Assembly (NCBI GenBank): GCA_022813865.1
Contig: JALDZX010000023.1
Location: forward strand, 186,001-250,000
Reading direction: 5' to 3'
Source: Xylographa opegraphella
Taxonomy: Eukaryota
Length of the DNA: 64,000 bases
Position 1 is the stretch's first letter. Each line of letters begins with the position of its first letter. The notes under the pieces were generated by a model. The model saw only the letters and a list, made by a program, of their open reading frames with translations. It was not told the origin of the DNA and ran no database searches. Shown here one piece after another: positions 1 through 13,536 of the stretch. The position numbers and the translations under genes are program-made.

Positions 1-750
1 TTGTTGTTTTTCGAGAAATGGCGGAGATCCATCTACACATGATCACGAAACAATTTTCCCCTTCCACTTCTTAGCCTCCAATATGAGCAGGGGCTGCTTT
101 AATGTGAGCGGGCTTGAGCGGTGTCTGAGCAGGGGTGAGCTCCCGGTAGGAGTATAGAGGCGCAACCGTCTCGAGCCTGAACGTGCTTCATTGAGTCCGG
201 CTTCAATTGCCTCCGTTGGCGCAGCGCATGGAATACCCCGTCCGTCCCACATCGTCTACATTCCTCAACCTCTACTCCTTCATTTTCCTCGCCTAGGCGT
301 CCCCTTGTTGCTTCATTCTGTCTGCTGTCGACTCCTGCCACCTTTTTCACAATTCTCGCTCGAAACGATGATCGATTCACCGGCGCAGCTCCAGCGTTGC
401 CGACCTAGTCGAAAGAAGGCTCCCCAGCAATCACCATCCTTGATACTTCTGAATCCACCGTTTGCCTGTACTTACTCTCGACAAGGATGATTTTACTCTT
501 CAATTTCGGTCTTCTGCGTGGAAACACAGTCGAGGGGTTTGGCTGTCTGACCATGACCGCGCAGAACTTGGTCTCGCATGTCAAGTGAAGTTCACCATTG
601 TAAGAATTAGTATCTAGATTAAGTCCAGGATCGCAGGGATCCGGGGTGGAGCAGTGCAACATAGATGTCTCTCCCATGGAGCACACTGGTCCTCTTGTGT
701 TGCTTTATTGAAATCGAGCAGTGTTTAGAGTTTTGTGGATGAAACGGTTG

Positions 751-2517
751 TTATACTGGGAATGGCCACATTCGCCTCACCTCCTCCGGCTTCCGGCTTT
801 CCAAGCGCTCGATCATGAGTTCCAGGAGTGCCTTGTTCTGTAACCGTTTCTCAGCCCAATCTGCTTCTGGAGGTACCCAACCTTCGGCATCTGTATCGAG
901 GTACTTCCACGCGAAATCCTGTATTTCATGCCATTGAGCATACTCAGACAACCGCTTTTCATGAGACGCTATTTCTGCAGAAATAAAGTGAATCGGGCAC
1001 GTATCTGGAAAGCCTATTTGCTCCCAATCCTCAACAAGTCGGATAAGGCAGGTGCGGAGAGGGACAACCCCGTCATCCCATGTGTCTCCGATACGCGAGA
1101 AATACTCTCGTAACGGGTCGAATATTTCCCATCTTGCAGTGTATGCGTCGTGGTTATTTAGGTACGTTGCGACCTCATAGGCTTTTGCGGAGACAGCCCG
1201 GTCCTTCTCAAACAAAGCTATATTCTTCTCATCGGCATCAAGGTCATCGAAATTCCCGGGCAGTTTCGGATGCTCCGGGCCTTCACTGTACCCCTCTGCA
1301 GGGCTCAGAAAAGCAGGCCACCGAGCTTGTAGAAATAGAGGGGAGATTGACGTAGATTGCCAGTCGATGAGACACACTACTCTGGTATGATCCTCTTGCG
1401 AGACAAATATGTTGCCCATATGCAGGTCTGTATGCCACATTGTTGGCCGTGACCTTTCTAGCGAAGGAGGGTGCTTTGTCAGGGTTGGCAACAGATTCTC
1501 AGTGGCGTTAAGTATTGATGCATGATCTTGTACCTTACCGTGAAGTACGGGAATTATGTTTCCAGCTGGGCGGAGACGAGTCCGAGCAATAGATCTCTGA
1601 ATCAGTTCTAACTCAAATTCAAAAAGAGTAGGCCCCAGTATCGGTCACTGTCAGCACGGAGCATGTAAAGTAGCGACGTAACTCACAGGGACCTGCGTCG
1701 ATATCCGGCTGGATATCAGCTGGGGATATACCATCTGTCCACGCTGGACCGCATGCAGGGCCGATACAAAACAAGCCAGTTGGATCCACTGCCGAGTCTA
1801 GAAGAATCCGTTCCGATGCCTTCGAAATCGAATGCCGGAAGTACAAGCTGCCATATGCTGGAAATCGAATGGCGGTGAACTTATTCTCTAACTGGGTCAA
1901 GCCTTTGATAAGCTTAAGTCGATCGGCCTCTGGGATATCATCCCAGACTTTGAAAAGTTGAATGCCAGAAGCTTTCTCCATAATGATATATTCAGCGCCG
2001 ATCGGATTCGAGGGATCTGCATTCCACGCTAGAATCTTCGGAACAGGTATTGTTGTGTGTGAGCTCACTGGATCCCCCATGCCTTTAGCTTTGGACGGCT
2101 CGTATGATGAGGAAAGATATCACACCATATTGAAGAACAGCAGCTTCGGAGGCCGTAGAGTATTTAGCTTTCCCTACATTCGGGCAAGGAATCTTCGCGA
2201 CCACTTCCATTCCATCTTCTGTAGTTATCAGGAGGGTTTTGCTGAAGCCTCCTTCCATCTTGTCGATTTTGCAAACAGAAGCTCCATTTTTTGTAAGAGA
2301 CGCAACCAAGTCACACAATTTTCGAACGTCAAAGTTCACGCGCCGTTTCAGAAATTGCTGCTTCTCGTCCAGCAAGAACCAGCCGTTAGAATACTGAAAG
2401 AGCGCATCTTCACTGATCGATTGACCTTTCCCTGAAGTCAGAAGGCTGTGCGCTTGAATTGAAGGATGCTCACCACGGCAGCTCACCACGGCATGAGAAC
2501 GACAGTTTTCTCGCCAT
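751..2517 (-). CDS. APH/choline-kinase-like phosphotransferase (AIM9-like family), 4 exons, possibly pseudogenised
   Basis: Spliced ORFs 2085-2489, 1619-2080 and 751-1491 give EGGFSK, VVAKIP, IPVPKILAW, GAEYIIMEKASG, HTDLHMGNIFV and LIDWQ motifs. Intron 2125-2068 is canonical. The third intron (donor GTGAGT at 1686) lacks an in-frame AG acceptor. Start codon 2517 is a best guess. Confidence 0.8.
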
Positions 2518-3914
2518 CTACGCTAGAATCTTGCGATTCTTTCGAAGGACTTGCGCGGTAGCTTCAACGAAGACTGCTTGCATCGCGTTCTGGATAGCTT
2601 GAAAGACGACAGTAGTGGAGGGTTTTCGAGGATCTCTCCGAACCCCTTACCTCAGTACCTAGGTACTAAGGCAACGACATTCTCGTGAGCCACCCTACCA
2701 AGGTATGTATTCGTGCAACAGCTGAAACAGCTCTCGTTAAAGAACAGTTGTTCCCAATTCAACATCAGGGCTCCACTAACCCTGCAGTGCAATGATGGAT
2801 GATCTAGGTCATACCAACCTATGACTACCTGCCCTATCAAGGGGTCGATGGTTAAAATCACTTGGAGAATAGTGTACTTGTGATGGCTTATTTGTGCCGT
2901 TACAGGTAGAATGATTTTTTCTACCTCTTATAAGCTATGTATGTGACGTACTTTGCCCGAGAATCAACCCCAAATCACTCCCCAAGAGCCGCTTAAGCTG
3001 CCATGCTATGAGGTTGCAATAAAGAAAGAATACTGCCACGAAGGCCGTGGTCGCCAGACAGGAGCTCTTGATCTTTTTAGATCCAAAGACAGCAGACAGA
3101 AGTCTCAAAGTTCGTCCGGTTGTGCCAGAAGATTCGGCAAGAGTAGAAGCACCACCGATTCCTTTGTTGCAGGCAGGCGGGTAGAGCCACGGATTCGTGA
3201 CTGAAATATGCAGACGATCGGCGGGTTCAAACAATTGCTGGCCCGACCGCATATCTTGTACTCGTTGCTTTTACAGCCAGAACTTTCATTCTTCTTCCCG
3301 AGACACGAACACACAGCTCTAATTCAAATTTGAGGGTAGAAAGGGTCAATCCTAAAGAATTAGGGATTCCTTCGTGGTTGTCTGAGGTCTTTACTGGGGA
3401 GCCTAGTCGTGTACCAAGATATAGCACAGAAAGACTGGCAGACTGCTGATTTGAATTGTCTAAAGGGGTACGATGCCTATTATGGTGAGCACCATAGCAG
3501 CAATATTGCTGTGGAAGACTCTTGTCTCGGTTCATGACCAATTGGAATTGGATGATGATCACGGCAGAAGCCTGTATTCCTGTTCCTCTGTTGTGAGGTC
3601 TCTATAACCGCGGATGGTGATTACTGGTTCATGTTTTGTTGACGGAAAAGAAGTTGAAGCTGGGTTCTGCTTGTCCCTACATTAGACACAGATGAGATAA
3701 TGATCCGCCGCCGACGATACCTCGCTTCAAGTCCCACCGTCAAGAATGAGTGAGGCGCACCTCTCCACCACCCAGCCAGAGCACTATGCTCCTTCGAGAG
3801 CACTGACTCTAATTCGAAAGTGTCCTCAAGTCTCTAGACTCTAGCTACCGCCGTAACCAACCTCCCCTCCCGCTGATTTGCGTGTAAACATATGTAATGC
3901 AAACATATCGTGTG

Positions 3915-4991
3915 TCACATTACCTTTCTTAGGACTGCTCCGACAGCCTGGATCCGACCGACATGGGCGTAAGCCGGCGAACTCAGTTCTTCGCCGAACA
4001 CATCAGGATGTAAGATTTTATAGGAAATCAGCGTTGCCTCGACCACTTTCCTCAAGTGTTCGAGGAACGGATCGTCCCCTGGATGCTGGTGCGGTATGGG
4101 CACAGCAGTATAGACTATCAACAAACCGTGATCTGCCAGTAATGGTACACTCTCGTCCACTACTCGCAAAGGTAAAGCCAGGCCAGATAAGGGTGCACCG
4201 AGAGCATGGGTGGGCACATCAAGGGCCGAGGAAGAAATGTATGCAGGATTGCTGACGATCAAGTCAATGTCGTCCTGCGACTTCATCGCAGAGAAAAGAT
4301 CGGATTCAACGAACAAGACCTGGGTATTGGCAAATCTCGCGTTCATAATCCCCACGCTCAAAGCTTTAGGGTTCAAGTCAAGGGCTAGAACTCGACTGCG
4401 GGAAACTCGCGGGAGAGAAGGATGGCACCGGCGCTAGCACCGCAACAGATCTCGACGATGGTCCGTGGTGTCCTGGCAGGCACACGGTTGGTCACACTTG
4501 ACAAGTAATCCAGGAACAGGTAGGTGTCGGGACCGAAGAAAACGGAATTCCACTGTGTGGTAGGGAAGGCCGAATGAACGTGGTAGAGCCGTGTCAGGCT
4601 CAAGCTATCTTCGATGTCGGGCATGTAGAAGCTCGATACTCGAAACTTCGATCGGTAGAGTCTATCATCCCCGACAGTGACCACCGACGCCTCCCGCAAG
4701 AGATCCAGGATCCTCACGGGCAGAAGGTCGCGAAGAACGTTCCTGAGGGCGGATTAATGGCGGGTCATGGGAGATTACAGTTCTGTGCTTCACGTACTCT
4801 TCGGCAGGTAGACTCCAGCCGAAGAAGTCCTCGAGGTTGGTACTGTTCCGCGTATCAGAGCGACAGGCTCTCTTTCGCACCACCTTTTCCTGGGACTCGG
4901 GACTGATACAGACGAAAGCGTAGTTCTTCTCCAGCAGGAAAGTGATTAAAGCCTGGCAGGCTAAACCCTCGGCATCTTCCTCAATGGTCAT
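3915..4991 (-). pseudogene. Class I SAM-dependent methyltransferase (HemK/MTS-like, FFGPDTY family) with a 1-nt frameshift
   Basis: Intron 4797-4743 (GTACGT..CAG) joins ORFs 4665-5027 and 4385-4717 in frame. Motifs: FFGWSLP, HSAFPT, VFFGPDTY, EICCGASAG, ALDLNPKAL, SDLFS, LIVSNPAY. The frame breaks at ~4400 (TAG at 4385-4387) and resumes in ORF 3915-4376. Confidence 0.75.
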
Positions 4992-5371
4992 AGTCACGGC
5001 GAGGGAGTGGTTGATGTGGCAGCGCATGAACGCTCGAATGTCAGTATCAGGAGATTGTTCTCTTTTACCGTTGGTAGCCCCAACGTACGACTAGTGCGCT
5101 ACTCTCTGCGCAACGCTAGCGGCACTTTCCGCCAGCTTCCGCAGCCATTACGACTACCGTCTATGGTGGAGGATATGATATTTAGATCTCAAGGTACTGC
5201 TTCCCAGGAGGTAGTCCCCTGCAATACCCAGTGACGAGATTATGCAACCGTACACCGGTCGCCTAACGCCGCTGACCTGATGCTTTCCCCATGGCTATGC
5301 CGTGAACCGCTTTTCGAAGGCCTCCTTATCCCAATGTCCACCACCCAATGTTATATCATGTGACCAGAACT

Positions 5372-6826
<1,455 letters not shown>

Positions 6827-7297
6827 GGCGAGGATATCTAACAGCGGAGCGGCGGCGGTTCGATATCGCACGATGAGGGGTGGAGAACAGGGTGGGGGGT
6901 GTGGCCGGTCGCTAGCCGCAGTCTTGCTGTACCGCTTCCAGCCGCCTGCAAGTTATTGGCCGGGCTCTATGTCAGGCAGAGCGGTATTTAGAGCCTCTGG
7001 ATTTGATTACCGATACTCAATATTGGGGGTCTGATGCTGAGGAGATGGTACAAAAGTATTTTGTCTATATGGACGAGCACATGCCGAGGCATTGAAGCTT
7101 GCCTGGAAGTGAGCTTTAATCTGATCAATGTTTGTCTCGTTTGCAGCCGATATTGATTGTCGTGACTCCACACTTGCCCCCGTCTGGCGACATCACGTTA
7201 CTTCTTCCATCTCTCCTTTCACACCCAACAACAAGAAAGAAATACTCGGTGAGGGTTCTCGGTTATCCCAAAGAAAAGAACATCTCAAATCAGAAGA

Positions 7298-8008
7298 ATG
7301 TCTACCTCTGCCCGTCGCCGTCTCATGCGAGACTTCAAGGTAAGCTCAGTACACTAGATCATGCAAGCGTTCTTGCCATCATGTGTCTGTACGACATGCT
7401 CGTTCCTGATCTTGCAGCCAATAAGAGCAAAACCTCATCATCTGAAGCTCACTTACATTATAGAGAATGCAAACCGATCCTCCGGCCGGAGTTTCAGCCT
7501 CTCCGATAGCGGACAATGTCATGACCTGGTAAAGAGCTCTTATCAGCTTTGGATTAGGCCTTTACTTATTCATACATACAGGAATGCTGTGATCATGGGC
7601 CCAGCAGACACACCTTTTGAAGATGGCACATTCCGATTGGTGATGCACTTCGAAGAACAATACCCGAATAAGCCGCCAGGCGTCAAGTTCATCAGTCAAA
7701 TGTTTCACCCAAACGTTTATGGTACAGGGGAGCTGTGTTTGGACATTCTGCAGAATCGGTGGAGTCCGACATACGATGTAGCAGCAATATTGACCAGTAT
7801 TCAAAGGTATGAGATCAAATACTCTCACAGCCAAAGCATCCATACATTCACATCGCGAAAAGATAAATCTGACACCGCTCGCAGTCTACTCAACGATCCG
7901 AACACGTCATCGCCCGCGAATGTGGAGGCATCGAACTTGTACAAAGATAATCGACGAGAATACACCAAGCGGGTTCGTGAGACGGTAGAGAAGAGTTGGG
8001 AAGACTAG
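7298..8008 (+). CDS. UBC2: Ubiquitin-conjugating enzyme E2 Rad6/Ubc2
   Basis: Spliced product [28 protein letters not shown]...[12 protein letters not shown]...[26 protein letters not shown], from three canonical introns. Confidence 0.97.
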
Positions 8009-8781
8009 TTCGACATACATGATTCGAATGCCTAGCTTGCGATAACTTTTGTGTGGATTTTCGGCTCTCACTTTGTTTGTGGTCGCGACTGGGGCATCGA
8101 TGTGAGCTACCACCGAGGCGGAGGGATGCTGTCTATTTGTGGCATTTCACGAGATTGGGACACCAAGTTTACATAGCGTGGGGTTCCGGTGGTTTGGCAC
8201 GTATGCAGTGGTAGGTCATCAGGCGCAGTTGCATGCATGAACTACTTGTTTCCCCTGACGCGGGTGACCTCCCTGCCCTGTGCTGATAAACTTCGGCCCA
8301 GGGGATTTCTGACAAGAGCGTTTCCTTAGTCCTACCAACGAGAAGGTCTTATGAATCGAGGAACGCCAAAGTTTTGTCGTAGTTGTGCATGAAAGCTCTC
8401 AAATGTGTGAACTGCTAAACCAACGCCATACCCTTTGCGGCAGCGCGCTTGACGCGATCCGCTGTTTTAGATATGCTAATCGTGATTGGTTGTATCACAA
8501 AGTCAACAAAGCATAATCATTATACTGTTCTCAGCCTGAAGCAGTAAAACCCGTCAGCGAAGGGTGGTTGTTCAGCACCTTTTGCACTCCGTTACTGTTC
8601 AATATAAACCGGCTGGAGATCTTCGGCTCTGTGATTCAACGGAACGCGAACTGTAGCCTCGACCGCGATCTGCGCTCGATGTCCGCCGGCCTAGGCATCT
8701 GGAGATCATTGTCGTGATCTTGGTCCACCGACTTGCATTTGGCATCGGGTGCGACTGTGATCGACCGATACGGCCGCCGCC

Positions 8782-11700
8782 ATGGCGTAATCAATGCAGA
8801 TGTCCGTTACAAGTCATTGTGCTGATTCTGATGCAGGAGCCTTAGTAGTACTGGCAGCTACAATACTATCAAAGGTACGTTGTCTCCATGCCGCCGTTCA
8901 TGCAAATCCTAGTCTGATCTGGGCTGGTAGTTGTTGCACGCTTTCGGCCTCCAAATAAAGCAGAGATCGCAAGTGGTGGAGAAACTATAGTGGACTTCGA
9001 GACGGAGGACACATGCAGCATTACGGTACAACTCGAACCCCCTAATTCATGACTATGTTACTATTTGCAGCCATCGTGGATGCCAGACTGACAGGGCAAA
9101 TAGTCAAAAGAAGCGGAAGCCGCATTTACCTTCGATCGTGTCTTCAATACCAATTCGCGGCAGGCAGATGTCTTCAATTTCTCAATCCGCCCGACAGTAG
9201 ACGATATACTCAACGGATACAATGGCACGGTGTTTGCCTACGGACAGACTGGTGCAGGGAAGTCCTACACGATGATGGGCTTGGATATAGACGATGAGGA
9301 CTCGAAAGGAATTATACCGCGCATTATTGAGCAGATATTTGAAAGCATATTGGCTAGTCCTGGCAACATCGAATATACGGTTCGCGTCAGCTATATGGAG
9401 ATCTATATGGAAAGGATTCGGGATTTATTACAACCGCAAAACGACAATTTGCCTGTCCACGAGGAGAAGAGTAGAGGAGTTTACGTGAAAGGGTTACTCG
9501 AAATCTATGTTTCCAGCGTGCAGGAGGTTTACGAAGTAATGAGGCGGGGAGGTGCAGCGCGGGCGACTGCTGCCACCAATATGAATCAGGAATCGTCTCG
9601 GTCACACTCCATTTTTGTTGTCACAATCACACAAAAAAATGTGGAAACAGGATCGGCGAAAAGTGGACAATTGTTCCTTGTGGATCTTGCTGGCAGCGAG
9701 AAGGTTGGAAAGACCGGCGCAAGTGGTCAGACCCTGGAAGAAGCCAAGAAGATCAACAAGAGTTTGAGTGCATTGGGAATGGTCATCAACTCACTTACGG
9801 ACGGCAAATCAACCCATATACCGTATCGGGATTCAAAGCTTACGCGGATCTTGCAGGAGTCGCTCGGGGGTAATTCCAGAACAACGTTGATCATCAATTG
9901 TTCGCCTAGTAGCTACAACGGCGAAGAGACGTTGGGTACGCTACGTTTCGGTGTGAGGGCGAAGGCAATCAAGAACAAAGCCAAGATCAATGCCGAGTTG
10001 AGTCCAGCGGAGTTGAAACAGCTGCTCAAGAAGGCACAATCTCAAGTGACTACGTACGAGAACTATGTCGCCAGTCTTGAAGGAGAGATCCAATTGTGGA
10101 GAGGTGGAGAAGCAGTACCTCGAGAACGATGGGCAGCGCCATTGGCAGGAGATGGACTGAACGGGATTAAGGCGGAAGTAAAAGCCCCTAGACCAGGTAC
10201 CCCAACGTATCTACAAGCAGACTCTAGATCAGACACACCTAGCCGGCCAGATTCAAGGATTGGAGATAGATCTAGTACGCCAAGTGTAGTGCTGGACAAG
10301 GATGAGCGAGAAGAGTTCTTACGGCGCGAAAATGAGCTGCAAGATCAAATCGCTGAGAAAGAGACCCAAGTAGCTGCTGCCGAGAAAAGTTTACAAGAAG
10401 CGAAACAGGAGCTTCGATATCTCAAGGACAGCACATCTCGGTCCAGCAACGAGAATGAGAAACTTGGTGGTGAAATTAACGAGTTAAAGATGCAGCTGGA
10501 AAGAATATCTTATGAGAGCAAAGAAGCTGGCATTACGATGGATAGTCTTAAAGAAGCAAATTCGGAGATGACCATCGAGCTTGACGAGGTCAAGCAACAA
10601 CTTCTGGAGGCACGAATGAGTGCTAAAGAGACTGGCACGGTCTTAGATGAGAAGGAAAAGAAGAAATCCGAGCGTATGGCGCAGATGATGGCTGGTTTCG
10701 ATATAGGCGGCGAAGTGTTTTCTGATAATGAGAAGAAAATCAGGCGCTGTATCGAGCAGGTCGACGCATTGCATCAGACCAGTGCTGCTGGCGAGATGGT
10801 AGCGCCTGATGAACTTATGGCTCTGAAGTCGCAACTTCTCGAGACACAGGGGATCGTACGACAGGCGGAGCTGAGTCTCCATGAAAGGGCAGAGACTACC
10901 AGTGATTACGACAGTCGACGTGATAGACTGGAAGACCGACTCGCATCCGTCGAGCGCGAATATGAGGATGTTTTGGAACGTAGTTTGTCGGAAATGGATC
11001 GAGAAGAAATCAAGGAACGACTTCAGAGGGCATTCACGACAAGTCGAGAGGCCCAGCTGAACCTGATCGCTGACTTACGGCAAGATATGGCTCGGAAAGT
11101 GGAGGAAAATCATCGTTTACGAGCAAGCATGGAAGATCTCGAACGGCGCTCGAAAGCATCGACCGCTAATAATATACCATCCCTACCAATCAACGGGAAG
11201 ACAGTCCAGCAGCAGATAGCGGACTTTGACGTTATGAAGAAGTCCTTGATGCGGGATCTGCAGAACCGATGCGAACGGGTAGTTGAATTAGAGATCTCTC
11301 TTGACGAGACGCGCGAGCAATACAACAATGTCCTTCGATCGTCCAATAGCCGCCAACAACAAAAGAAGATGGCGTTCCTAGAACGGAACCTCGAGCAGCT
11401 CACGCATGTACAGCGACAATTAGTAGAGCAGAACGGGAGTTTGAAGAAGGAGGTTGCTATCGCAGAGCGGAAGCTCGTCGCGCGGAACGATAGGATTCTC
11501 AGCTTGGAGGCGATGCTGGGTGACAGTCAGGAGAAGCTGACAGCTGCGAGTCATAAGTATGTCTCTTCTATCTTTAAAGTGCGCCATCTACTCTACGCGT
11601 TTGAAGCTGATCCGAATTCTGCCAATAGATTCGAGGTTCAACTCACCGCCGTCAAAGAACGTCTCGAAGCCGCCAAGTCCGGCCCAACTCGCGGACTAGC

Positions 11701-11899
11701 CTCGTACGCTGACGGGCCCGGCGGATTCAGTTTCGGCGGCGCGGGTTCGCGAATAGCGAAACCTCTCAGAGGTGGTGGAGCATTTGATGGTGTCAATGGA
11801 GGTGGTCCGAACATCCCCGTCTTGAGCAGCTTGCAAGCCCAAGAAGCTGGATTTGAGAGCCGGGGCAAGAGGAGCAGCTGGTTCTTCAACCAACGATAG
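8782..11899 (+). CDS. kinA: Conventional kinesin (kinesin-1) heavy chain
   Basis: IKVVARFRP, P-loop GQTGAGKS, switch motifs NQESSRSH and DLAGSE, HIPYRDSKLT, coiled-coil stalk, and tail IAKPLRGGG...SSWF. Three 5' introns plus one in-frame intron at ~11558-11628. Confidence 0.97.
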
Positions 11900-13536
11900 G
11901 GTGCGGGTACGTAAATACACACGAACGGGGCTCGGCGGAATTGGCTAGCTTGGTAGGAGGGGGTTTGTGTATTCAGGGTAGGATATCCAATGTACGGCAT
12001 GCTTTGCTACTGGGCAACACGCAGGAGAACGGCGTTGGTAGTACCCTCGGCATTTGACGTTGGAGGCATGTTGACGAGTTGGGCAAATTGGGCCTTCTGC
12101 GGCTAGATTTGTATCTGTGTATATCTGTGTGTACAGGATATGAAGTACAAGCACATTTTCTTCACCCTCACGTCGTCGTGTTTGCGCTCTCGAGATGTCG
12201 CAAACCTACGCCTGTCGCGCACCTGTGCCGTGGTGGATATAGAGACGCTCTCTCTTGCAATCGCTTTCGTCGAACCATCACCATCTCCCACGTGCCACGT
12301 TTCTCGCAATCGGTGACTCGTCGCTATCCCCAAAACGTCCCAGGCACGCTTGATATTGATCCGCCTCAACCGCGTACGTCCGTGCCAGATCGTCATCTGA
12401 AGCGCTACGTCACGATCACTTTCCATACCCTGCTCCCTTCTGCGACGGATACCGCGCCATCGCAAACACGGCTCTGGTTCAGGCCATCTGTGTATTTCGG
12501 CTCGCCATCTCCCTCGGCTGCTATCTCGACCCATGCGAGAGATCGCGGCTACGTCCGCGGGCGGCAATGGGAGTCGGTCAGATGTCGCGTGGTACAGCTA
12601 AAGGGGATTTGTTTGCGGGATCGGAAGATCTAGCTGATCTGGTAGATGTTGTGTTTCGAGTTAGGGGGAGAGGTGGATATGGCTGTGGTTGGTAGGGGAG
12701 TTGGGGAGTTGGTTTCATGGAGCTGGCATGAGGTTTCTTTGGTCATGGTGGTGGATGTGGTGGGACTGCACTTGGAGGATTTGGATTGTGAGGTTAGTGG
12801 TAGGGTGTTTGAGGTGGTGGAAGTGTTCTTGATGCTTTGGCTTAGGAGGGTTATACCACTTTCGAGCGGGCTTTTTGGTACTAAGGCCTAACTCTCGGCG
12901 GCTCTCCGCAATTTAAAGCATACCAGGTCACCGTTGGTGGTTGGTGCAGCGGTCAACTCGATGGGGATGCTGGAGTTTGGTGCCAGTAGAAATAATGTCC
13001 CGGGGCTTCTCTAGCAGCAAGTTTAGGGATTGGAAAACTACGGGACAGTCACGAGTTCCAAGATTGGGATCTGGAGACCTGCAATTGTCCTTGTACTGTG
13101 CCATGTGACAATGAGCTCTGGGAGTTTGAAAATCTACGAACTCCCATAGAAGGGTTTATACTATGATAAGTGGCGGCTGTATTGACTAATCCGAAGTCGA
13201 TCAAAACTCCAGGTTGTTCGGAATATCGTGATCTGTCAGATACGATGTCTCAACTGCTTCCGGTCCGTGACCGAGATCTATTCTGGAAAGACAAAATGGA
13301 CGCGGGCGTTGGTTTGAACAGCCACCGCATCTTGACTCAGAGCTTGCATTCGCTCATGCTCTTTTTCTGCGCTGGTGCTTCGTCAAAGATGACTGAAACA
13401 ATGGTCACGGACGGCAATCCAGACGCAAACACGAAACATGAGAAAGAAAATATAAACAGCCTTCGTCCGCACTGAAAAGCAGGATAAATCTCCCTACCCT
13501 CCGTCAACAACTTTCACAAAACGCGACCAAGTCACA

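Noticed and set aside
1..700. Short minus-strand ORFs, one with LLILEAKK (nuclease-like)
   Set aside because: Fragments in different frames with no supporting motif. Possibly a decayed gene but not supportable.
2650..3900. Possible partner gene for the methyltransferase
   Set aside because: Only short ORFs with frequent stops and no recognisable domain.
12079..12900. Overlapping 150-180 aa ORFs downstream of kinesin
   Set aside because: No motif or consistent splice model. Could be a degenerate gene.
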